The position numbers and the translations under genes are program-made. The notes beneath the pieces are model-generated. The model had not been told where the DNA came from and searched no databases. It worked only from the letters and a program-made list of their open reading frames with translations. From the NCBI GenBank assembly GCA_000990005.1, contig LBPF01000006.1, positions 33,615 to 97,614 on the forward strand: DNA of 64,000 nt. The letters run 5' to 3'. The stretch comes from Candidatus Woesebacteria bacterium GW2011_GWB1_33_38. Lineage in GTDB: Bacteria; Patescibacteriota; Microgenomatia; UBA8517. Shown here piece by piece: positions 37,820-46,998 of the stretch; position 1 is the first letter of the stretch, and each line of letters begins with the position of its first letter.

Positions 37820-38728
37820 TCAGATATTGTATCGTTTTTTCTTGATTTCGGCAATGCCTACTCCAACAATTGCAATTACTCCACCAATTATAAGTTGTGA
37901 GGTTATTTTATCGCCCAACAAGAGTAAAGCAAATACAGCTGAAATTGCAGGATGAATATAGGAGAAAAGCGCAGCTTCTGAAAGTTCAATTGTTTTTTGC
38001 GCTTTTGCATTCAAATAATATGCTAAAGTTCCAGAAACAAAAGCCATGTATACCACCCCCAGGTGGTAAGGAAATGGGGTATAGCGAATAGCGTATAGGG
38101 TTTCGGATATAGAAGAATTAAACAAAACAAAAGGCAAAGTAGTTAAAAAACCAACGACAAATGACAGGTTAATCAAGAAAAATGGCTCATGCCCCTTTTT
38201 TAACAATGTTTTAGTCAAAAGTCCCGACATTGCTCCACAAAGAAGTGATCCTAGTATTAATATATTTCCTATCAATCGGTCAGGGCCATGGTCATTTGAA
38301 GTTATAGGTTCAACTGCAATAACAAGAGAACCAAAGAAAGCAATTAATATGCCTATTTTTTCGCGTTTTGTAACATGGTCGTGTAAGAAAAAATAACCAA
38401 ACAAAATCATTAAAATTGGTCCTAAAAGAGAAAGTAAGCTCATGTCAAGAAGTGTTGTTTTGTCTGTTCCCAAAAAGAGAAGTCCAAGTGTGGCTGTAGA
38501 ATTTAAGAAACCATAAAGTAGAAGTAACCAAAAATTCTTTTTAAGGTTATATAGTTTGGGAAGTAAAAAGGGTAGTGCAAAGATTGAAGCTATTAAAAAT
38601 CTATAAGTTATAAATAAAAGTGGGGGAATACCGTTTAGGGTTAATTTAATAACAGGACCTGCAATTCCCCAAATTAGGGCAACTCCAAGGAGCATCAAAT
38701 AGGCCTTTACTCTAGGAGTAATTTGCAT
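37820..38728 (-). CDS. EamA/DMT family transporter
   Basis: Multi-TM duplicated pattern, IWG..R. Confidence 0.9.
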   Translation of the reverse strand: MQITPRVKAYLMLLGVALIWGIAGPVIKLTLNGIPPLLFITYRFLIASIFALPFLLPKLYNLKKNFWLLLLYGFLNSTATLGLLFLGTDKTTLLDMSLLSLLGPILMILFGYFFLHDHVTKREKIGILIAFFGSLVIAVEPITSNDHGPDRLIGNILILGSLLCGAMSGLLTKTLLKKGHEPFFLINLSFVVGFLTTLPFVLFNSSISETLYAIRYTPFPYHLGVVYMAFVSGTLAYYLNAKAQKTIELSEAALFSYIHPAISAVFALLLLGDKITSQLIIGGVIAIVGVGIAEIKKKRYNI

Positions 38729-39853
38729 ACTTCATCAATTGTAACTTTCTTTTGTTCTTTTGTCTGCAAGTTTTTTAGAGTAACAATTTTATTTTCTACC
38801 TCGTTTTGACCAATAATAATTACGTACGGAATACCTTTTTTATCTGCATATTTTAGTTGTTTATCAAGCTTAGTGTTAGGATCAGGGTAAATTTCCGAGT
38901 TTATTTACTAAAACTTTAGTATTAACTTTATCTACCTTGATTAATCCTAATTCATCGGCTGCCTCAACGGTTCTATCAAAACCAAAAGCAATTCCTGTTG
39001 CTGGCATATCAAGGCCTGTTAATCTTTTCATCATCCCGTCGTAGCGTTCACCACCACCAACAGAACCTACTTTGTAATCCTCGATGACGATTTCCCATAT
39101 TGGACCTTCCGAATATGAAAATGATCTGGCAAGGGTAGGTTCGAAACGATAAAACTCACGACTAAAACCTGACTTCTCTAAATATGCAATAATTATTTTT
39201 ATAGTTTCATCTGGTTTTATTTGAGAGACAAATTTTAAGTATTCCTTAGCTTTTGAATTAGAAATTCCTTTTTTGATCATGTCTGTTATTACCCCTTCTG
39301 GACCTATCTTTTTCAACTTATCTATGGCAACTATTGCTTCGTAGGAGACACCTTTCATAAGATCACGATTATTAAATATGATTACAGGTTTTTTAAAACC
39401 TATGGAAAGATAAGTATCAATATTTTCTGCAATAACTTCTGCGTCAGCAGTAGGGCCAGCAACACCAAAAATATCAAGATCAAATTGTGTGAACTCTCTA
39501 TATCTTCCCTTTTGAGTATTTTCTGCTCTAAATACAGATTGAAATTGATAACGTTTGAAAGGAAAAACCAAACTGTTTTGATTGTTTGCAACAAACCTGC
39601 ATGTTGGAACTGTTTGATCATAACGAAGCATTACTTCACGATCTCCCAGATCCTTGAACTTATAAAACATTTTTTCATCTTCACCAACTTCACCTTTGAA
39701 TAGTGAATATGACTCAAGTGTTGGAGTTTCAATTGGTTCATAACCCCACCTTTCTGCGGTTTTGATCATAATATCTTTAACCCAGTTTCGTTTATAAACT
39801 TCACTGGGCAAAAAGTCCCTAAATCCTTTTAATGTTTGTATTTTACTTGACAT
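38707..39853 (-). pseudogene. hisS: Histidine-tRNA ligase, frameshifted/deleted near 38905
   Basis: KGFRDF, LRYDQT, GRYREF, GGGERYD; anticodon domain (KQLKYADKKGIPYV) continues in another frame to TAA at 38707. Confidence 0.9.
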
Positions 39854-39917
39854 ATATCTATTTCTATATTATTATATCAATAACCTACCTCGTTCGGTTA
39901 CGAACGAGGATTTTTTT
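39847..39917 (+). ncRNA. Candidate antisense tiny RNA unit (promoter, hairpin, U7) over NYN 3' end
   Basis: TTGACA-17-TATTAT, perfect CCTCGTTCG-GTTA-CGAACGAGG stem, T7. Confidence 0.5.
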
Positions 39918-40511
39918 GACTATTTCCAGATTTAAATCTTTTAACTTAGCTTTTGCTTTATAACTTTTGAAAAACGTTTCTTTATAATCAATAATTTTAG
40001 CGAAATTTGATTGATATGCAATTGCAATTGAAAATCTATTAGGTATAAAAATAGAATAAACTTTATATTTTAATTTTCTAACAATCTCAACTGAATACGC
40101 GAAATCAGCATCTCCTGAGACAATAATCGCAGTTTTAAATTTCTTTTGAAAAGCGTCTTTTGTTAGATCAACTGCTAAATGTACATCTACACCCTTTTCT
40201 TTTCCTGAAGTTGGTGATCTGTAGCCTTTGTAAAACACTAAATTGGGAGTTTTTAACACATCGTTAAAAAAGACCAATTCTTCTTTAATTTGTCTTTTTA
40301 TTTTCAAAACCTTTAAATTCTTAGCTGTTGATGGTGTATATGAAGCATAAAAATATATTTTGTCAAATTTATAAAGTTCTCTGAAATCACTTACGATCGA
40401 TTTAAAACTGGGTACTTTATCAAATCCAAAAATATCAATCAGCCCAGCAAGTAGATTTGTTCCGTCAATATATAAAAATGTTTTTTTATTATTTTTTCTT
40501 TTTGTAGACAT
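39885..40511 (-). CDS. NYN domain (LabA/DUF88) PIN-fold RNase
   Basis: YIDGTN, EKGVDVHLAVD, VSGDADF. Confidence 0.92.
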   Translation of the reverse strand: MSTKRKNNKKTFLYIDGTNLLAGLIDIFGFDKVPSFKSIVSDFRELYKFDKIYFYASYTPSTAKNLKVLKIKRQIKEELVFFNDVLKTPNLVFYKGYRSPTSGKEKGVDVHLAVDLTKDAFQKKFKTAIIVSGDADFAYSVEIVRKLKYKVYSIFIPNRFSIAIAYQSNFAKIIDYKETFFKSYKAKAKLKDLNLEIVKKILVRNRTR

Positions 40512-40529
40512 GGATTTATATTATCATCT

Positions 40530-42073
40530 TTAAGTTCCTTTTTGAACGAGTTTACGATTCCAATTTTCGGCAGCCTTTAAAATATATAAAACTGGTGGAA
40601 AGTTTTCTCTTGAACTTTTGCCTATTGTATAGTTTACATCTCTTTCTCGACGTTCTGTACTAATAAGAATTGTATTTTGATCTAATGTTCCCAAAATTAC
40701 CCCTTGAGCAGCATTACATGCCCAAATACTTCTTGTTAACTCAAGTGTCTTTTGCCTGATTTCATTTTCGGCAAATATCTTTCGTTTGGTTTGACTTTCA
40801 AATCGTCTTTCAACATCATCCTCAAATTTTTGATACCACTCTCTTGCAAAATCGTAATCTTTAAAGTTTTTAACTTTTTCTAAAATTTCCAATTTTACTT
40901 TTTGATAAACAGGATTTTCATTTGTAAGTTCCGAAATTGGTTTAATTACTATCCCTCGTGAATTTTGTAGATATTGCTTTACATTCACAATGTAATCTTT
41001 TATGTTTTGAAGATTTTTTAAATTAACTGGTCCAAATTCTCCAATTTCTGAATAATCTGTATCAGCAATATAAATTGTTAAGTTAGATTGAATCCCGTAA
41101 TATTCAAAAAAATTGGGAATAAGTAACATCTCATCAATGATAAGTGGTATGGCCTCAAGTTTTGGATTGTCAAGATAAGCATTCAGGTTCGGATTTGAAG
41201 TGTATCCACCTTTGTAATCAAATTCGTTTATAAGACAAAGCACCGTTATTAAGTTGATTTTTCCACCTTCTAATCCATTAAAAATAATTTGTTCAAATCT
41301 ATTCGAGCCCCAAATATTGTCTGTTTTTATTCTATTAATTTCATATTGAATTGAGGTTAATGTTAGTCCTTTTTCTTCATCTCCCATATCCTCGATGTAT
41401 TTAAGAAGCGATCTTTTTAGCTGACTTATCCTTTGGTTATATAAAGTGGTGTTTAAATATTTTTCAATATCTTGATCTGTAATTTTATTTTCTATATCTT
41501 TTTTAATAACTTTTTCTGCATCAGGCAAACTTAGATCAAGTTTGTCGGCAGTTTGACAAACCAATCTATTAAAATTATCTCCGTATGAATCGTTTGAGGG
41601 CGTTTGTTTTAGGTAATTAATTTTGGAATCCAAAGCTTCCCTTTTGAGTCTTTCGTATTCGTTGTCGTTAGTATTGATCCATTTTAGAATTCTTTTTGTT
41701 TCGAACTTTAAATTATCTAAAATCCATTTTTCACCTTCGTTAAGATTCTTTTTTGGTTTGCTTAGGCTCTTTGAAAATTCCGGAATTGAGGAATCTTCGA
41801 GAACCAAAAATGGTCCAAGTATTTTATGTAGTTCCAACTTTCAGCCCGACTTCTTATTTTTTCAATAATCTGTTTTGCAACTACAGACTTATTTTGATTT
41901 AAACGCAGAATTGTTGAATCTACTTCTAACTGAATATCTGATTTAATTGACTCTGCTAGTGATACAATTTGATTTGACCACGGAAAAAGCTGACGATCTA
42001 AAAATCGTCCAAATAACAGTTCAATATTTATGTTTTTGTTATCTTTTATTCTTTCCATTTTTATAAATTTCAT
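40530..42073 (-). CDS. Large hypothetical protein, probably one gene split by a 1-nt frameshift near 41840; C-terminal half CDPS/HUP-fold-like
   Basis: Overlapping ORFs join as SRAE-KLELHK if GAAAG gains one A; C-terminal pattern NLITVLC, LTIYIADTD, ISEL, NAAQG, PVLYI. Confidence 0.6.
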
Positions 42074-42074
42074 T

Positions 42075-42150
42075 TGGGGTGGGGGAGGGGGAATGATCCC
42101 CTGATTTCGGCTCCACAAGCCGACGTGTTTCCGACTACACTACCTCCACC
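42075..42150 (-). tRNA. tRNA-His(GUG) with atypical T-loop
   Basis: G-1:C73, TCGGC-TTGTGGA-GCCGA anticodon arm, encoded CCA; T-loop ATCATTC. Confidence 0.85.
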
Positions 42151-42387
42151 AAACAAAAAGTCCCGTTTGTCAAAACAAACGAGATGTTCTATAAAAACAA
42201 AAAGACCGCTAACCGCGGTCAAAATATTTTTTATTTCCATCTCTACTTTGCGGTGACAATGGTTGACTAATTTTTACAGTTTGTCTTCTGTCTAGCATTT
42301 TGGCTAGCTCCTCCCGAATCGTGACTTCGGTAAAACGGATTTGTTAAAATGTATTTTGTATTATATCAAGAAATTCAGCCCTGTCAA
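42151..42387 (-). promoter_or_regulatory. Sigma70 promoter and structured leader with uORF and two terminator-like hairpins
   Basis: TTGACA-16-TATAAT; GGGAGGAG-led 29-codon uORF; GACCGC/GCGGTC-T5; TCTCGTTTGT/ACAAACGGGA-CT5. Confidence 0.65.
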
Positions 42388-42412
42388 ATTTAGCTTCTGT
42401 TAAGGTCTGACC

Positions 42413-43237
42413 TTACAAGGTCGGGGCAAAGATACTTCGTAAAGAAAAAATGTCATTTTCTGCTTTTCCTGTAACAATTATTTCTTGTCCAATTTCCAAA
42501 TCTTTAACATTTGGGCCAATCCACTTTTTAGGTAGTATTATATCGTTTATTTTTGTTTTTGATATAGTTTCAATTACAATTTTCTTGGCTTCAAATTTGT
42601 TTTCTTCCATTGGAGAAGTTATTAAAATTCGTTTGGTTTTCAAAACTTTGTTTCCATTAATAAATCCCATTGCTACTATGTAATCTCCAATTGCCAAATC
42701 TGTTGATTTGACTTCCACATTTTTTTTCAAAATGTTTATATATTTTGTATCTTTTTCTGTTGAAGCCTGCTTAATCTCACCTTGAGGATCTTTAATTTGA
42801 ATTGTTTCAGCTGTTATATCTGTAACCGTCCCAACATATGAGGTAGCACCTTTTTCTGGAAACTCAGATGAAAATACTAAGTTTATTTTTGTATTATTAA
42901 TTTTAACTTCACTTAAACCTGATGGAAAAGTAACAGTAATTTCAAAAGAACCATCTTCTTTTGCTTTGCTTAAAAAATCTTTTTCTTCAGTTATTACTAA
43001 AACATTTGAATTGGGATTGGTTAATCCCGTGAGTGTGTATTCTTCATCTATTATTACATCAAAATTGGTTAGTTTATCTAAGGATACAAATAGATTTGTT
43101 TTTAGTACAGGAGTGGGTCTGGAAGTTAAAATAGGTACATCTCTTTTTATATTTTTAATAAGTCTCCAGCTTCCAAAAGCAAAAATTAGACCAATTGAAA
43201 TACCTGCAAATATGGCAAGAATTGTTTCTTTTCTCAT
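42413..43237 (-). CDS. Membrane-anchored hypothetical protein with beta-rich domains
   Basis: N-terminal TM; DGSF; DL.IGD repeats. Confidence 0.75.
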   Translation of the reverse strand: MRKETILAIFAGISIGLIFAFGSWRLIKNIKRDVPILTSRPTPVLKTNLFVSLDKLTNFDVIIDEEYTLTGLTNPNSNVLVITEEKDFLSKAKEDGSFEITVTFPSGLSEVKINNTKINLVFSSEFPEKGATSYVGTVTDITAETIQIKDPQGEIKQASTEKDTKYINILKKNVEVKSTDLAIGDYIVAMGFINGNKVLKTKRILITSPMEENKFEAKKIVIETISKTKINDIILPKKWIGPNVKDLEIGQEIIVTGKAENDIFSLRSIFAPTL

Positions 43238-43316
43238 GCGTTTGCTAATATACGGTTAAAAGTGCCCCCTTGTCAACATTTCAGTTTTAAGATATAAAGT
43301 AAAGAGCAGATAAAGT

Positions 43317-43808
43317 ATGGAGATAACAATTAAAAATAACGAATTTAGAGTTAAGGGAAAGACTGGAGTTTTGTACTCTAAACCAAATGGTGTGTTGATA
43401 GAAACACCAGATGGTATAGCCTCAAAAGAGCTTCTGGGGGCAGGGGAATATGAAGTTTCTGGAATTTCTGTAATTGGAATACAAGCTGAAGAAAAAGAAA
43501 TAATTTTTGTATATGAAGTTGATGGACTTAGAATTTGTAACTTAAACAATCTAACTAAAAAACTTACTGATTCAAAAGTTTCAGCAGTTGGAGATGTTGA
43601 TATTTTACTTCTTCCTGTTGGAGCAAGTTCAATTGAAATGATGCAGCAATTAGAAAGTTATTATGTAATTCCATTTGGACAAAAATCAGAGGAGGAACTG
43701 GAAAAGTTCTTGAAAGAAAGTGGCTTAGTCACACAAAGAATATCTAAATTTGTCCTTAAAAAAGAGGAAATAATAGAGGATCAAACCACTGAAATAATAG
43801 TTATTTAA
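43317..43808 (+). CDS. Degenerate MBL-fold hydrolase-like protein
   Basis: GAGEYEVSG, VDILLLPVG; metal-binding His residues absent. Confidence 0.7.
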   Translation: MEITIKNNEFRVKGKTGVLYSKPNGVLIETPDGIASKELLGAGEYEVSGISVIGIQAEEKEIIFVYEVDGLRICNLNNLTKKLTDSKVSAVGDVDILLLPVGASSIEMMQQLESYYVIPFGQKSEEELEKFLKESGLVTQRISKFVLKKEEIIEDQTTEIIVI

Positions 43809-43827
43809 ACTGCCCCGAGTTTAAATT

Positions 43828-45150
43828 ATGGCTGATAATAATCAAATTAGAGTACCACCGCATAGTATTGAAGCTGAACAAAGTGTCTTGGGGGCACTAC
43901 TCCTTGATAAAGATGCAGTTATTGCTGTTGCTGAATTTTTACTTGCAGAGGACTTCTATGATGAACGTCATAATGAAATATATGAAGCCATTTTAACTCT
44001 TTATGAAGAAAGATCACCTGTTGACGTTTTAACAGTTGCAGAAAAGTTAAAGAAAAACAAAAATTTAAAAAAAATAGGGGGAGCATCATACTTAACTAAT
44101 ATTGTCAATAAAGTTCCAACTGCAGCTCACGTTGAACATTACGGGAAGATTGTCAAGGATTTGGCCGTAAAAAGAGCTTTAATGAAAGCTGCTTCAAGAC
44201 TTGTAGACTTTTCAACCGATGAAGGTATTTCTTCTGCTGAACTATTAGATAAAGCAGAAGCTGAAGTTTTTTCCTTAACCCAAAAACATTTAACTAAAGC
44301 TTTTACATCAGTCAGGGATACTTTGGCTGAAAGTTTTGATAGATTAGATGAACTTCATAAACAAGGTGAAGGTTTAAGAGGAATTTCAACGGGATTTGAA
44401 AGTTTGGATAATGCACTGGCCGGATTACAAAAAAGTAATTTAATAATACTTGCGGCGCGCCCTGGTATTGGTAAAACCTCTTTTGCATTAGGAATTGCTC
44501 AAAATGCAGCCGTCAAAAATAAAAAAAATGTTGGCTTTTTCTCTCTTGAAATGAGCAAGGAAGAGCTTGTCGATAGACTTCTTGTTGCCCAAGCAGATAT
44601 TGATGCCTGGAGGTTAAAAACAGGTAAGTTAACCGAGGATGACTTTACTAAACTTTCAAATGCCATGGGAGTTTTGGCAGAAGCTTCTCTTTATATTGAT
44701 GATACACCAGCTCTTTCAATACTTGAAATGAGAACAAAAGCAAGAAGGCTCCAAGTAGAACATGGTTTGGATTTAATAGTTGTTGATTATTTACAACTTG
44801 CAAGAAGTAGAAACTTGGAAAATAGGGTACAAGAGGTAAGTGAAATTTCTCAAGGACTTAAAAATCTCGCCCGTGAACTTAAAGTTCCTGTAATTGGTAT
44901 ATCTCAACTGTCACGCGGAGTTGAACAAAGGGGGACAAGAAAGCCCCAACTTTCGGACCTTCGTGAGTCTGGATCAATTGAACAAGATGCTGACGTTGTA
45001 ATGTTTTTATGGCGTGAAAATGAGGATGATTTTGAAAATATAATGCTTGATATTGCCAAACACAGAAACGGACCCCTTGCTTCAGTTCCATTATTCTTCA
45101 AGGGAGATAGAATCAAGTTTTTCCCGAGAGATACAAAACATACAAAATAG
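43828..45150 (+). CDS. dnaB: Replicative DNA helicase
   Basis: PPHSIEAEQ, AARPGIGKT, VDYLQL, LRESGSIEQDAD. Confidence 0.97.
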   Translation: MADNNQIRVPPHSIEAEQSVLGALLLDKDAVIAVAEFLLAEDFYDERHNEIYEAILTLYEERSPVDVLTVAEKLKKNKNLKKIGGASYLTNIVNKVPTAAHVEHYGKIVKDLAVKRALMKAASRLVDFSTDEGISSAELLDKAEAEVFSLTQKHLTKAFTSVRDTLAESFDRLDELHKQGEGLRGISTGFESLDNALAGLQKSNLIILAARPGIGKTSFALGIAQNAAVKNKKNVGFFSLEMSKEELVDRLLVAQADIDAWRLKTGKLTEDDFTKLSNAMGVLAEASLYIDDTPALSILEMRTKARRLQVEHGLDLIVVDYLQLARSRNLENRVQEVSEISQGLKNLARELKVPVIGISQLSRGVEQRGTRKPQLSDLRESGSIEQDADVVMFLWRENEDDFENIMLDIAKHRNGPLASVPLFFKGDRIKFFPRDTKHTK

Positions 45151-45160
45151 ATATAATAAA

Positions 45161-45370
45161 TTAGGGAACATTTGTTATCTTTGTGCCATGTCGGTTTGGA
45201 ACTTGGTATCGTTTGAGGCCTTTTCCAGCTACCGCTGGGGAAACCGTAACATCATAGGTTGCTAAATTACGTTCTTTTACTAAAATTTGAACTCTATCCC
45301 AAGCTTGATTAGGTTTATCATTAGCTTCTTCAACAATAATTGTAAACTCGTTTATTTGTTGCTCATACAT
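45161..45370 (-). CDS. Small hypothetical protein with strong promoter and SD
   Basis: GGAGGT SD; TTGACA-16-TATAAT at 45436-45409. Confidence 0.75.
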   Translation of the reverse strand: MYEQQINEFTIIVEEANDKPNQAWDRVQILVKERNLATYDVTVSPAVAGKGLKRYQVPNRHGTKITNVP

Positions 45371-45459
45371 AATTGTTCACCTCCCACTTCAAATAAGTAA
45401 GTTTTTGAATTATAACATGATATTTGATAATGTCAAGATTGTGGGTTATTATTTATGTA

Positions 45460-46353
45460 ATGGATAAACTTCAAATAATTGATCAATTGGCAGAAAACTA
45501 TCAACTAACAGACAATCAAAAATCAATTTTAAAATTTTTAACTAGTAGAGATTCCAACGCTGAGGAAATTTTAAAAGCAACTAGAATTTCATCAGGCAGA
45601 ATTTATAAAATTTTAAGAGAACTTGAAGAATTTGGAATTATTAATAAATCTTTTAAAAAACCCAGTATAAAACCCAGTATTTATAGTATGCAAAATTTTT
45701 CTCAAAACATTAGAAATTTTGTGGATAGAAAATTAAAGCAAAGTTTGTCTTCTCAAAGTGCCATAATTTCCAATCTGGAGATGCTTGGGGACGAGGAAAG
45801 AATAGGTATTTTAACAGGTAATAAAAAAGAATCTGATATCCATATTATAAATATGTTTGAACAAGCAAAGTGGATTAGGATTTTGCATAAAAATGTTAGT
45901 TTACCTTGGTTTTTATATGTATTTTTTGATGAAAAGAAATTTTTGCAAATTAGGGAAAGGATTGCTAAACAAAGAGTAATTGGATCTTCTCCAAATAAAT
46001 TTGACCTACTAAATAAAAGAGAGGCTTATTTAAATTTATATAACACTAAAAATGTAGATCAAGTAATGAGCAGAGATGCCTTGTTAAAATATAAAAGTTT
46101 TCTTAAGAGCGATGAAATTGAAGTTATAAAGAAAAACCTATCCAAATGTCCAAACATAAAAATTCATGTTTTAGATCATTTGATTACACCTTTTTCTGTT
46201 TATTTATCTGATAATCTAGTTTTAATGCCAGTTTTTAACAAGTCAAATGAAAGTAAAATAATTAAAATGAAGGGAAGTGAATATGTTGATATTTATAATG
46301 AATATATCTCCTCGTTTATTACCAAATCACAGGATATGGTAGATATTCTTTGA
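45460..46353 (+). CDS. TrmB-family transcriptional regulator
   Basis: N-terminal wHTH (EEI.KATRIS.GRIY.IL..L); C-terminal effector domain. Confidence 0.78.
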   Translation: MDKLQIIDQLAENYQLTDNQKSILKFLTSRDSNAEEILKATRISSGRIYKILRELEEFGIINKSFKKPSIKPSIYSMQNFSQNIRNFVDRKLKQSLSSQSAIISNLEMLGDEERIGILTGNKKESDIHIINMFEQAKWIRILHKNVSLPWFLYVFFDEKKFLQIRERIAKQRVIGSSPNKFDLLNKREAYLNLYNTKNVDQVMSRDALLKYKSFLKSDEIEVIKKNLSKCPNIKIHVLDHLITPFSVYLSDNLVLMPVFNKSNESKIIKMKGSEYVDIYNEYISSFITKSQDMVDIL

Positions 46354-46359
46354 ATCTTG

Positions 46360-46444
46360 TGGCTGGGGAGGGAGTCGAACCCTCACGAGGTGTTATCCTC
46401 ACAGGTTTTTGAGACCTGTGCGTCTGCCATTCCGCCACCCAGCC
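46360..46444 (-). tRNA. tRNA-Leu(CAA)
   Basis: GGCTGGG/CCCAGCC, CAGGT-CTCAAAA-ACCTG, long variable arm, GTTCGACTC. Confidence 0.95.
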
Positions 46445-46671
46445 AATTCATGTATTATCTCACGACCAAACCCGGATTTAAAGAATCTTTCTAAATTTCT
46501 CGCCTCAAACCTATTTTTTGTTAATTCTACGTGAACTAATTGAAATGGAAGTTTATTTTTTGTAGTTCGGACGTTACCGACTTCGTGATCTTTTAGTCTT
46601 TTATTTAAGTCTTGTGTTTGACCTTTATAAAAAGCTTTATTATTTAATTTTAATATGTAGTTATAGTACAT
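46399..46671 (-). CDS. GIY-YIG nuclease (small, stand-alone)
   Basis: YYNYIL..FYKGQTQDLNKRL.DH..EA..LE.FFKSG.GR; reads into tRNA-Leu. Confidence 0.88.
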   Translation of the reverse strand: MYYNYILKLNNKAFYKGQTQDLNKRLKDHEVGNVRTTKNKLPFQLVHVELTKNRFEARNLERFFKSGFGREIIHELAGWRNGRRTGLKNL

Positions 46672-46720
46672 TATGTCTGCCATTCCCTGCCTGCCGGCAG
46701 GCAGGCGCCACCCAGCCAAT
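46422..46720 (-). mobile_element. GIY-YIG mini-element flanked by 26-bp direct repeats of the tRNA-Leu 5' end
   Basis: GTCTGCCATTCCGCCACCCAGCCAAT at 46422-46447; same at 46675-46720 interrupted by a 20-bp palindrome. Confidence 0.7.
46686..46705. repeat. Perfect palindrome CCTGCCTGCCGGCAGGCAGG (LPAGRQ element)
   Basis: Self-complementary 20-mer; variant at 29305-29324. Confidence 0.9.
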
Positions 46721-46825
46721 GACAGTATTTTACCACGTAGTGGCAAGCTGTGTTTATCATTTTTGTTTGCATTTATACTAGAAAGATTCAATTGACAAAA
46801 AAGTTAAAGAAATTAATATAAACAT

Positions 46826-46981
46826 ATGGGATTTAGATATGTTTGTGATATTTGTAATAAAGAGGCCAAAGAACATATTTCTGTAGGACGAAGCAACACT
46901 TTATTTTGTAAAAAATGTTGGATGGATAAAAAGAATTGGGAAAAAATTCATAAAGATGCAGTGAAAAACTCCAAATATTAG
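46826..46981 (+). CDS. Small CxxC..CxxC zinc-finger protein (51 aa, not in ORF track)
   Basis: MGFRYVCDIC..FCKKCW; TTGACA upstream. Confidence 0.65.
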   Translation: MGFRYVCDICNKEAKEHISVGRSNTLFCKKCWMDKKNWEKIHKDAVKNSKY

Positions 46982-46998
46982 GTTATAATATCCACAAC

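Noticed and set aside
41835-41865. TGA recoding (code 25) joining the two ORFs
   Set aside because: TGA is a real stop elsewhere (tsf, frr, recR); a 1-nt indel is simpler
42151-42350. T-box riboswitch before tRNA-His (AGTA..GAA-CAT, ACCGCG)
   Set aside because: No UGGN-ACC antiterminator bulge and the elements are in the wrong order; kept as a non-T-box leader
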